NCBI GenBank assembly: GCA_015067935.1
Contig: SVLL01000002.1
Coordinates: forward strand, 345 to 64,344
Origin: Oscillospiraceae bacterium
Lineage (GTDB): Bacteria > Bacillota > Clostridia > Oscillospirales > Oscillospiraceae
Direction of reading: 5' to 3'
DNA length: 64,000 nt
Shown here: one piece after another, positions 1 to 8,619 of the stretch
Numbering within the stretch: position 1 is the stretch's first letter
Layout of the letters: every line of letters starts with the position of its first letter
The notes under the pieces: generated by a model
Seen by the model: only the letters and a program-made list of their open reading frames with translations
What the model was told of the DNA's origin: nothing
Database searches by the model: none
Program-made: the position numbers and the translations under genes

Positions 1-2317
1 TGTAGACCACCTGAATATTGTGATGCTGCAGCTTTTCACCCGGATTACCCTTGACCTTGTAGCCGTCAAAGACCACAACCACGCGCCATTTCCGGAAACC
101 GGCAAAGTCGCTGAGCCGGTCGCATAATTGCCGCCGGGCGTTTTCCAGATCTTCCTTGGCGACAGCTGCCAAATCCTCCCACGCGAAGATGATATTGTAG
201 CCGTCCACAATGAGATATTGCTGCTTCAGGGGCTTGATGCTCCGCTTGTCTCCGTCGTCGGTGCGGGGGCGGGGGCGGTACAGCGTAGTGGATACCTCGC
301 CGAATTCCCGGCGCATAATTTCCTCCAATTCCCGATCCTCAAGAGCAAGATTTCGTTGGATGACTTGGGGTTCCTTGGGCTGCTTCAGGCAGTTTTCAAG
401 GTGCATATAGTCCGCAATTTCATTCCATTTCACCGTAAAACCTGCACCGTGGGCGCAGAAAACAGAATCCGGAGTATTTTCCAGATCTGCCTCCGGGTCA
501 TAAGAAAGCGCGGCGATGACTGCCTCCGTATTGTGGCAGGGCTTGTAGCCGTCCAAGGTGATCTGCAGCCGTCCGGTGCCTTGGGTGTAGGCCGCCACCT
601 GCTCGGGATAATCCCCCAATTCCGATGCCGGCAGAATGCCCCGGAGAATGGACAGCTCTCCGCTGTTTTCCGGTGCGTCGAACTCGCCGCCCATAGCCCG
701 GATGTCCGTGATGGCTCTGCCGATTTGGGGCGTGGGGACGGTCAGCACGAAGCTGTACCACGGCTCAAGAAGCACCGATTTTGCCTGCATAAGACCTTGC
801 CGGATGGCTCGGTAAGTGGCCTGCCGGAAATCACCGCCCTCGGTGTGCTTTAAGTGGGCGCAACCGGCGGCAAGGGTGATTTTCATATCCGTGATGGGTG
901 CGCCGGTGAGGACACCCCGGTGGGTTTTCTCACTCAGATGCCCCATAATAAGGCGTTGATAGTTGATGTCCAGTAAGTCCGTGGAGCAAACGGTGTCGAA
1001 TACCAAGCCGGAGCCAAGGGGCAGAGGCTCCAGAATCAAATGCACCTCCGCATAGTGACGCAGAGGTTCAAAATGTCCCACGCCCTCCACAGTATTCGAA
1101 ATGGTTTCCTTGTAGAAAATCCGCCCGGTGTCCAGCGTTACATCCAGATGAAACCGTTCTTTCACAAGGCTGCGGAAGACCTCCAGCTGGACCTTGCCCA
1201 TGATTTGGATGAAAATACTGCCGTTTTCCCACACCAGCCGGAGCATAGGGTCTTCTTCCTCCAAAAGCCGCAGCTGGGGCATCACAAGGGCAGGATCGGT
1301 GCCGGACATCAGGTTCACCCGATAGGTCATCACCGGCTCCAAGGTGGGAACAGCGTCGCTCTCTTCTACGCCCAGACCTTGACCGGCATAGGTGGCGGTC
1401 AGACCGGTGACGGCGGCTAACTGTCCGGGCAAAAGCACATCGGCAGGAGTGAATTTATCACCGGAATAGAGCCGCAGCTGAATGACCTTTTCCTCTGCCT
1501 TCTCACCCTTTTGGTTTACATAACATACAGAAGACCGTACCGGCAATTTACCACCGGTGACCTTCAGCCAAGTGAGCCGATTGCCCTGCGCATCCCGGGA
1601 GATCTTGTACACCCGGGCACCGAATTCTGCGCCCCATTGGGGGCGGGGGAGATAGGTATCCAGTGTCACAAGCAGCTTGTCAATCTCCTGCAGGTGCAGT
1701 GCTGCCCCGAAAATACAGGGGAACAGCTTTCCCTGTCCGATTTGTACCCGGATATCTTCGGCAGTGATGCTGCCGGATTCCAAAAACTGCTCCAGAAGTT
1801 GTTCGTCGCACATAGCCGCGCCCTCATACAGCTTGTCCTGCTCGCCAAAATCCACGCAGCCGGGGCTCAGCTCCTTTTGCAGCTGGGCAAGAATTTTCTC
1901 CCGGTCCGTGCCGGGCAGGTCCATTTTGTTGATGAACAGCACGGTCGGAATCTGATACCGCCGCAGCAGCTGCCAAAGGGTCAGGGTATGGGCCTGCACG
2001 CCATCGGTGCCGCTGATGACCAGAATCGCGCTGTCCAGAATGGGCAGCGTCCGCTCTGCCTCCGCAGAAAAATCCACATGGCCGGGGGTGTCCACAAGGG
2101 TGATGTCCAAGCTTTCTGTACAGATGTGCGCCTGCTTGGAGAAAATGGTGATTCCCCGAGCCCGTTCAAGGGCGTGGGTGTCCAGATAGGCATCCCGATG
2201 GTCCACCCGCCCCAAGCTTCGCCGCGCACCGCTTTGATACAGCAATGCTTCCGAAAGCGTGGTCTTGCCTGCGTCCACATGTGCCAGCAGACCAAGACTG
2301 ATGTTCGGTCGTTCCGT
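1..2317 (-). CDS. EF-G/TetM-like translational GTPase fused to C-terminal NYN (YacP/Rae1-like) RNase domain; 3' end beyond window
   Basis: Manual translation (absent from the ORF track because no stop lies in the window): AHVDAGKTT, ERARGITI, DTPGH, NKMD; EGVGHFEPLRHYAEVHL and KHTEGGDFRQATYRA; in-frame YLIVDGYNIIFAW...VVVFDGYK near 60-220. Start ambiguous: ACG at 2317 after an SD-like G-run, or ATG at 2350. Confidence 0.9.
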
Positions 2318-2348
2318 AAAAATCCCCCCCTGTCGTGATGTTTTCCTC

Positions 2349-2379
2349 ATTATACCACGGCAAGGGGGGTTCGTCGATA
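2349..2379 (-). promoter_or_regulatory. sigma-A-like promoter of the GTPase-NYN gene (TCGACG-N17-TATAAT, extended -10 TG)
   Basis: Minus strand tatcgacgaaccccccttgccgtggtataat; 25/31 identical to 5152-5182. Confidence 0.6.
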
Positions 2380-2393
2380 TATTTTTCAAATTT

Positions 2394-3542
2394 TTAAACA
2401 CAGAGCCAGTTTGCTTCATGTGCTTCCTTGGCTTCCGGCGGGACCAGCTCGGCAAGCATCCGGCAGATGGCCCTTTCCGGTACGGCATCGGCTCTGCCGG
2501 CGTTGCGGCGCAGCTGCTCCGTCCATTCGGTTTCCAGATAGACGATCCGGGTGGCGGCACCGTATTGGGCGAAAAGATTCACCTGCTTGCTGCGCACCAT
2601 AGGGCTTAAATTGGTGGCGTTCCAGATGAACGGCTGCCTTGCCCGAAGAAATTCCTTTGCCTTCGCCCGGGCAAGCTCCACCACTTGGGTTTGCTTTTCT
2701 GTGGGAGAAATTCCGTATTCCTTTCGGATCTCATCCAGAGAAATCACCGGCAAATGGGGAACATTTTCCCGGATCCAAGTATCCTTGCCCGTGCCGGGCA
2801 GCCCGGAAAGGAGAATGATTTCCCCCCAACTGTCGTCATAGAGTTCCGCTTCCGGTGGGATTTCTCTGCCGGACAGATAGGCGTATCGGGTATACCGGGA
2901 AGGGAAGGGGAACGGACCTTCAAAGCAGCCGTTTTCCCTTGCAAATTCCCGGCAAAGCTGTACCTGCTCCGCCATTTGCAGCCGGCTTACGCCAATTCTG
3001 CCCAGCGCATCCGCCTCGCACAGAACGCAAAGTAGTTTCAAGGTGAACAGAGGGCAGTTTTCACCGTCCGCGGCAATGGAAAGAAGTCTGCGTTTGCCGT
3101 CGGGATGGTCAAGGGCGTGGGGCGGAAAGCTGTGATAGCGGATCAAATTGCACACAGTTTCCCGGAATTGCTGTTTTTCCGGTGTGCCGCAAAGCCCCAA
3201 TGTCTGCCACAGAAATTCCCGCGCCATTTTTGCGCCTGCCAGCGTGTGATTGGGTGAGGTCCACCGCCCATCCTCCCACCGGGTGGTGGGCACTTTGCCA
3301 ATGTCGTGGAGAAGGGCCCCAAGAAACACCGCCTGCTGTTCCTTTTCCAATAGATTTTGGAAGGCATCAAGGGTTATCAGGGTTTCACAGACCATTTTGG
3401 TATGGGTCCACACATCGCCTTCGGCGTGATAGATGGGGGCCTGCTCCGTCCGGGACATAGGGATCACGAAGGGTGACAGCACCGCTTCTATGCCGGGCCA
3501 ATCGATATCTCGTCGGATTGCCCGATTGATTAGCTGCTGCAA
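2394..3542 (-). CDS. HD-Pnk-type end-healing enzyme: N-terminal HD phosphoesterase + C-terminal P-loop polynucleotide kinase
   Basis: HAEGDVWTHT, LLHDIGK, RYH, EADALGR (HD domain); GLPGTGKDT P-loop, SLDEIR, WNATN; TTG start with SD inside the end of the ligase gene. Confidence 0.85.
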   Translation of the reverse strand: MQQLINRAIRRDIDWPGIEAVLSPFVIPMSRTEQAPIYHAEGDVWTHTKMVCETLITLDAFQNLLEKEQQAVFLGALLHDIGKVPTTRWEDGRWTSPNHTLAGAKMAREFLWQTLGLCGTPEKQQFRETVCNLIRYHSFPPHALDHPDGKRRLLSIAADGENCPLFTLKLLCVLCEADALGRIGVSRLQMAEQVQLCREFARENGCFEGPFPFPSRYTRYAYLSGREIPPEAELYDDSWGEIILLSGLPGTGKDTWIRENVPHLPVISLDEIRKEYGISPTEKQTQVVELARAKAKEFLRARQPFIWNATNLSPMVRSKQVNLFAQYGAATRIVYLETEWTEQLRRNAGRADAVPERAICRMLAELVPPEAKEAHEANWLCV

Positions 3543-3545
3543 GTC

Positions 3546-4364
3546 TTATCCCTCCTTACCGGGGAGCTTTGGCGCGTAGATTCCCTCCACCCCAATGGCC
3601 AAAGCGTTGGGCACGATGGGACGGTCCAGCCAATGGGTCTGGGAGCTGTCCACCGTTTGGGTAAAGGAGGCCCGAACATATTTCAGTCGGTCCACCACCT
3701 GACCGTTTTCCTCAATTTTGATATACAGCCCTTCCATTATGTCGGAAGGGTCGGTTTCCCGCACCTGCCGCGCGGCATCCAGCCCCAGCTGTTCGCTGGT
3801 TTTGCGCAGTGTGTCCGTCTTGTTTTCGCTGATGAACCGGGACTTGCCCAGCAGGGAAATCAGCGCGTCCTTGCTGTCGAACACGCCTTCCTTCAACACG
3901 GGAACAGACACTACAGGCAGATTCTTCAGCATTTCGTACCGACGGGCGGTGGAGAGAAAAATCTGCTCCTGCCGGTCGAAAATGTCAAACTCCAGAAAAT
4001 AGTGGGGAAGCTTGTCGTAGTACACCGTATGCTTGGCGTACATCCACTCGCCATACATAATGTAGCGAGTGCCCAGTACATCAAAAAAAGCATCCTGATG
4101 GATATTGGCCCATTGCTTCATCAGGTTATAATGCCGCTCCCGATAGCCTCCGGTGAGGTAATGCCCCCGGCTTTGCAGCAGGAGCGTGCCGTCCGAATCG
4201 AAGGAAATGGCGGTGTTGGCTCCGTCGATTTTTTCCTCTACCACCAAGTGCCTGCCCCTGATGGCAGAAAAGGGCACTTGGGACAGATCCTCATCCCCCG
4301 GCTGGAGCCGCGAGCCCTCCAGATGAGGGGTTCGGGGGTATTTCTTTAAAGTTACGGCTTCCAT
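3546..4364 (-). CDS. ATP-dependent RNA ligase (Rnl2-like adenylyltransferase family)
   Basis: KYPRTPHL; motif I EEKIDGAN; Ia LQSRG; III YGEW; IIIa FLEFDIFD; IV EGLYIK; V RLKYV; ATG 4364 with SD aaggagg. Confidence 0.9.
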   Translation of the reverse strand: MEAVTLKKYPRTPHLEGSRLQPGDEDLSQVPFSAIRGRHLVVEEKIDGANTAISFDSDGTLLLQSRGHYLTGGYRERHYNLMKQWANIHQDAFFDVLGTRYIMYGEWMYAKHTVYYDKLPHYFLEFDIFDRQEQIFLSTARRYEMLKNLPVVSVPVLKEGVFDSKDALISLLGKSRFISENKTDTLRKTSEQLGLDAARQVRETDPSDIMEGLYIKIEENGQVVDRLKYVRASFTQTVDSSQTHWLDRPIVPNALAIGVEGIYAPKLPGKEG

Positions 4365-4365
4365 T

Positions 4366-5076
4366 TTATCCCTCCTTGTGGATGGACGCAATCAAAATCA
4401 GGTGACCGTTTACACCGCTGAAATGCAGCTTTGTGCAACCGGCATCCCGGAAAAGCGCAGTTAAAATATCCTTGGTCAGCAGGTGAATGTGCTCCGGATT
4501 GTCGTCCTTTTGCGACGGCACGGACACCACCACATAATGCCTTGCCATCGTCACTGCGGCAGAAATGGCTTTGCCTACCTGGGGGATGTGCTCCAGCACC
4601 TCCAACAAGGTCACTACATCAAAGCTGTTTTCCGGAAAAGGCTGATCGCAGAGATTTGCCTGATGGGCGGTCAGCCGGCTGTAGCCCCCTGCGGAAAGCT
4701 CCCTGAGAAAAGTCACCCGTTTTTCCAGCAGGTCCAGCGAGGTGACCTGCACTTGGGGAAATTCCTCCATAAAGGGCAACAGAAACACGCCCCGTCCGCT
4801 GCCCACATCCAGCAGCGATTCAAATGCAATTGCGTGGAGAAAACCCAGCACCTGCCGCACCCGGGGCAGCTCGGTTTTGCCGGTCTTGAAGGGATAAAGC
4901 TTCTGCCCGGCGGCTTGCCCTAATGCAACGATGGCAGAAAGCTCCCCGTCGGTCAAAACCTCCAGAGGCATTTCCAGCAATTCCTGCGGTATTGCCGGCG
5001 TGCCGGTCTGCAGTGCGTGTCCCCGTAGCCAAGCGGCTGCAGGCTTTAAATCGTATCGGTCCGTCATTTCTGTCAC
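4366..5076 (-). CDS. class I SAM-dependent methyltransferase, Hen1-like motif set
   Basis: LLDVGSGRG SAM motif, FDVVTLLEVLEH, VVVSVP...NPEH; ends 1 nt before the ligase start. Confidence 0.8.
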   Translation of the reverse strand: MTEMTDRYDLKPAAAWLRGHALQTGTPAIPQELLEMPLEVLTDGELSAIVALGQAAGQKLYPFKTGKTELPRVRQVLGFLHAIAFESLLDVGSGRGVFLLPFMEEFPQVQVTSLDLLEKRVTFLRELSAGGYSRLTAHQANLCDQPFPENSFDVVTLLEVLEHIPQVGKAISAAVTMARHYVVVSVPSQKDDNPEHIHLLTKDILTALFRDAGCTKLHFSGVNGHLILIASIHKEG

Positions 5077-5129
5077 CGTCCTTTCCGTATTTTCCTATGT
5101 GAAACAGTTTTTCTGCTGCATTTTCGCAG

Positions 5130-5164
5130 AAAAAAGCCGTGGTATATAAGAATTATACCACGGC
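5130..5164 (-). terminator. intrinsic terminator after the 5185-5436 gene; overlaps the methyltransferase-operon promoter
   Basis: gccgtggtata/tataccacggc 11-bp stem followed by a T-run on the minus strand. Confidence 0.7.
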
Positions 5165-5182
5165 AAGAGAATTTTGGCGATA
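5152..5182 (-). promoter_or_regulatory. sigma-A-like promoter of the RNA-repair operon (TCGCCA-N17-TATAAT, extended -10)
   Basis: Minus strand tatcgccaaaattctcttgccgtggtataat. Confidence 0.6.
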
Positions 5183-5184
5183 GC

Positions 5185-5436
5185 TTATTTTCTTTTTTGC
5201 ACGATCACGATTACCACAACAGCAACCACCATCACACCGGCCAGCGCAATGCCGATGACAGAGCCGAGATTCTCGGGTATGCTGCTGTCGGCTTCCAGCT
5301 GATTGGCAGACATTGTGGGCATGGGCGGAGCGGTGAAAGAGGGGGTGGTGGGTGCATCGGTATCGGCGGCAAATGCAGGAATGGCAAGCATCGTCAGCAA
5401 AAGCACCAAAAGCAGAAGAACAGATACTCTTTTCAT
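5185..5436 (-). CDS. small exported protein with C-terminal membrane anchor
   Basis: Signal peptide ending AFA, P/T-rich linker, hydrophobic helix, QKRK tail; SD aaaggaaa. Confidence 0.7.
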   Translation of the reverse strand: MKRVSVLLLLVLLLTMLAIPAFAADTDAPTTPSFTAPPMPTMSANQLEADSSIPENLGSVIGIALAGVMVVAVVVIVIVQKRK

Positions 5437-5455
5437 AAGTCTTTTCCTTTCTGAG

Positions 5456-6346
5456 TTATGCGGCTTTGTCGTAGCCGTCTATTTCCATATCTGAGGTGGA
5501 GAGGAAGAAGGCGATGGTTTGACCGTCGGTGACCAGAATCACATCACCCATCAGGTCGGTGCGGTACAGCTCCACTTCCGCCTTTTTCAGCCGATTCATC
5601 GGAGCATCGTGGGGGTGACCGTATTCATTGTTCCGTCCGCAGGAAACCACACCGTAGTCCGGGTCTACCTTATCCAAAAAGCCTTGGCTGGTGGAGCTGT
5701 AGCTGCCGTGGTGTCCCACCTTCAGCACATCTGCCTTCAGGTCGGTGCCGGCTGCCAAAAGCTGATTCTCCGCGTATTTTTCCATATCTCCGGTGAAGAG
5801 GAACTTCTTCTCTCCAAACTGGACCATCAGCACCAAGGAGGTATCGTTCAGGTCGTTATATTGGTCCGCATCCTGCACGGGTCCCAGCACCTTGATAATC
5901 AGCCCGTCAGCGGCATAGACAGTGCCCGGCTCGGGATGCTGAATGGTCAACCCCTGCCTGTCCGCGGCCCGGACAAGATACTGAAAGGCCGCGCTTTCGT
6001 ATGTAGCGTGAGAGCACCAGACCTCCTTGGTGGGAAAGGCGTTCATCGCATCGGAGATGCCGCCCATATGGTCCAGATGGGGGTGGGTGGTCACCACCAG
6101 ATCCAGCTCCTCCACGCCGAACCGGCGCAGATATTTCACCACCTCGCCGGAGGTGCCCAGATTGCCGGCATCGATCAGCACCGTGGTTTCTCCGGCAATT
6201 AAAAGCATACCGTCCGCCTGATCCACATCCATGTAGTGGATAATCAGATGCTCCGCACCGAATTTCGGCGCAGCGTCCGTTTCCGGGGCAGCACAGCCGG
6301 AAAACAGCAGGGAAAGCAGCAGCAAGACCGCGAAAACACGCTTCAT
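5456..6346 (-). CDS. ComEC/Rec2-like metallo-beta-lactamase-fold lipoprotein
   Basis: Lipobox LFSGC; DVDQAD, THPHLDHMGG, LFTGD, KVGHHGS, YGHP, RTD. Confidence 0.85.
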   Translation of the reverse strand: MKRVFAVLLLLSLLFSGCAAPETDAAPKFGAEHLIIHYMDVDQADGMLLIAGETTVLIDAGNLGTSGEVVKYLRRFGVEELDLVVTTHPHLDHMGGISDAMNAFPTKEVWCSHATYESAAFQYLVRAADRQGLTIQHPEPGTVYAADGLIIKVLGPVQDADQYNDLNDTSLVLMVQFGEKKFLFTGDMEKYAENQLLAAGTDLKADVLKVGHHGSYSSTSQGFLDKVDPDYGVVSCGRNNEYGHPHDAPMNRLKKAEVELYRTDLMGDVILVTDGQTIAFFLSTSDMEIDGYDKAA

Positions 6347-7149
6347 TTCCTGCCCTCCACAGTGAGATTATCGTTGTTTTTCGCCTTTTTCTGCTGATTC
6401 AGCCAGGTGTTCATCACCATACCGTGAGGCAACAGCTTGACGAGCCGCACCTGCATCCGGGTGAAAAAGCCGGGAACGGCATAGTCCTTTTTGGATTTAT
6501 ACAGTGCCTTCAGACCGTAGGCAACGCAGAAATCCGCGTCATAAAGCCGGTCATAATACTGCACTTCGCCTTCGTTGGTCTGGCAGGCGTGATTGAAAAA
6601 CTCCGTTTTGACCCAGCCGGGATTCATTGCCATCATCCGGATGCCCTTGCTTTTCAGCTCCCGGTTCATTGCCCGACTGTAGCTGAGCACAAAGGCCTTG
6701 GTGGCACCGTAGGTGGTGATGTAGGGAACGGGCTGAAAGGCAGAAAGGCTGTCCAGCTGCAGAATGTGGCTGGAATCGGGCATATAGGGAATGCACAGAC
6801 GGGTCATCACCACAAGTGCCTTGCAGTTTAAATCCAGCATTTTGCAATCGTCTTCGATGCTGACTTTTTCAAAATAGCCGAATTTGCCAAAGCCTGCGGC
6901 ATTGACCAGCAGCCGGATTTCCGGCTTTTCGGTTTCCAGAAGCTTTTGAAAATCTTCAAAGCTGTTTTCGTCCAGCAAATCCAGAGAAATGGGGCGCACC
7001 GGCACCGCACATTCGCTTTTCAGGGATTCCAGAGCCGCCTGCCGACGGGCAATGGCCCATATTTCATCCACCTGCACATAGTTGGTCAGCTGCAGGACAA
7101 ATTCCCGTCCCATACCGGAGCTTGCGCCGGTGACGATTGCGATTTTCAT
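6343..7149 (-). CDS. short-chain dehydrogenase/reductase
   Basis: TGASSGMG, NAAGFG, YGATK, PGWVKT. Confidence 0.9.
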   Translation of the reverse strand: MKIAIVTGASSGMGREFVLQLTNYVQVDEIWAIARRQAALESLKSECAVPVRPISLDLLDENSFEDFQKLLETEKPEIRLLVNAAGFGKFGYFEKVSIEDDCKMLDLNCKALVVMTRLCIPYMPDSSHILQLDSLSAFQPVPYITTYGATKAFVLSYSRAMNRELKSKGIRMMAMNPGWVKTEFFNHACQTNEGEVQYYDRLYDADFCVAYGLKALYKSKKDYAVPGFFTRMQVRLVKLLPHGMVMNTWLNQQKKAKNNDNLTVEGRK

Positions 7150-8459
7150 AGCATATTCCTCCTGATTTCGGCAAGCAGTGCCGCTTTTTCGTTTTCTATT
7201 TCTTCGTCCAGCACCATGCTCAGCAAATGGTTCAGCATCTTGCCGATGTCCTTGCCGCAGATGCCCAGTGCCATCAAATCGTGTCCGTTTACTGCCAGCT
7301 CCCGGAGGGACAGACAGCTGTTTTCGGCAACCAGTTCATCCACAATGCGGTGCATTTCACCAAAGGCAAATTCCTCGTCTTGTACGCCCTTGCCGCCAAT
7401 GTCTGCCTCCTGCAGCTGCAGCAGCTTGCGCAGCCTTTCCTCGCCCCAACGGCTCAGATGCCGCCGCAGGAGCTTTTTGTCCGCATCCGGGCGGTTCATG
7501 TGCCGTGAAACAAGGAATATTACCTCTTCCCGAAGCGCAGTAGGGGCTTTCAGCCGGTGGAGAATTTCCTCCGCCATTTTCGCGCTGACCTCAGCGTGAC
7601 CGTAATAATGCCCCTGCCCGTCCTCACCGAAGGACAGTGTTTCGGGCTTGCCCAGATCGTGCAGCAGTGCCGCCCAGCGCAGGGAAAGCACCGGGGGAAC
7701 GCCGGCGACCACATGGCAAATGTGCGTATATACATCATAGATATGATGCTTGTTATGTTGGGCAAAGCCCACGGTGGGGCGAAGCTCCGGAATGACCTGG
7801 GTCAGAATCGGCGCAAACCGAAGCAGGTCCTCCACGGAAACAATGGGTAAAAGCTGGCATAATTCGTCGAAAATCCGCTCTTTTGCGATATTTTCCAAAA
7901 GGGGAGCCTTGTCATACATTGCCTGCAGGGTCTTTTCTTCTGTATGCAGACCAAAGCGCACGCCAAAACGGCATCCCCGGAGAATCCGCAGGGCATCCTC
8001 TGCAAAGCGGGCATCTGCATCCCCGACTGCGCGCAGAATCTTATTGTTCAGGTCCTGCTGACCGCCAAAGGGGTCTGCCAAGCCTCGGGTGGGGGACCAG
8101 GCCATGGCATTGACCGTAAAATCCCGACGGGACAGATCCGCCTCGATATTGGTTTCAAAATTCACCCAGCCCGGGTGGCGGTTGTCCGCGTAGTCACCCT
8201 CGGTGCGGAAAGTAGTGATCTCCACCACACCGTCTTCCGTTACCACGCCCACCGTGCCGTGCTTTTCTCCGGCCAGCACCAGTGTGCGGTCGGCAAAGAT
8301 TTCCTTGATCTGCCAGGGCAGAGCGTTGGTGCACAGGTCGTAATCGTGGGGAGTAAGTCCCAGCAGAGCATCCCGGACGCAGCCGCCGACGGCATAGCAG
8401 GCAAAGTTATTCAGTTCCAGTTTTTCAAGACATTGCCTGACGGTGTCCGGTAAATACAT
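7146..8459 (-). CDS. cca: CCA-adding tRNA nucleotidyltransferase with HD domain
   Basis: VGGCVRD, DYDLCT, EITTFR, RRDFTVNA, EDALRILR, LLHDLGK; ATG 8459 with SD aggag. Confidence 0.88.
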   Translation of the reverse strand: MYLPDTVRQCLEKLELNNFACYAVGGCVRDALLGLTPHDYDLCTNALPWQIKEIFADRTLVLAGEKHGTVGVVTEDGVVEITTFRTEGDYADNRHPGWVNFETNIEADLSRRDFTVNAMAWSPTRGLADPFGGQQDLNNKILRAVGDADARFAEDALRILRGCRFGVRFGLHTEEKTLQAMYDKAPLLENIAKERIFDELCQLLPIVSVEDLLRFAPILTQVIPELRPTVGFAQHNKHHIYDVYTHICHVVAGVPPVLSLRWAALLHDLGKPETLSFGEDGQGHYYGHAEVSAKMAEEILHRLKAPTALREEVIFLVSRHMNRPDADKKLLRRHLSRWGEERLRKLLQLQEADIGGKGVQDEEFAFGEMHRIVDELVAENSCLSLRELAVNGHDLMALGICGKDIGKMLNHLLSMVLDEEIENEKAALLAEIRRNML

Positions 8460-8496
8460 ATCTGTCTCTCCTAAAAAATGTTGCGGCAAAGCAGCT

Positions 8497-8619
8497 AAGG
8501 CTTCCCCTTGAGAGGAAGCCGGCATTTGTGAGGAACGGGCAAATGACTGATGAGGTGTAAAAACAAATCTAACACCTCATCCGCCCCTTTGGGGCACCTT
8601 CTTCTCAAGGAGATGGCTT
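8497..8619. repeat. multi-hairpin REP-like palindromic element
   Basis: Outer imperfect IR aaggcttccccttgagaggaag / cttcttctcaaggagatggctt enclosing gatgaggtgt/acacctcatc and gcccc-ttt-ggggc hairpins. Confidence 0.7.

Noticed and set aside
1-2317. Tetracycline resistance gene (tetM/tetW)
   Set aside because: Has a C-terminal NYN domain and the EGVGHFEPLRHYAE-type domain IV, with no mobile-element context; resistance is not supported.
8547-8582. CTGATGA motifs here and at ~36758 suggesting hammerhead ribozymes
   Set aside because: No GAAA after stem II; the motifs are part of REP-like palindromes.
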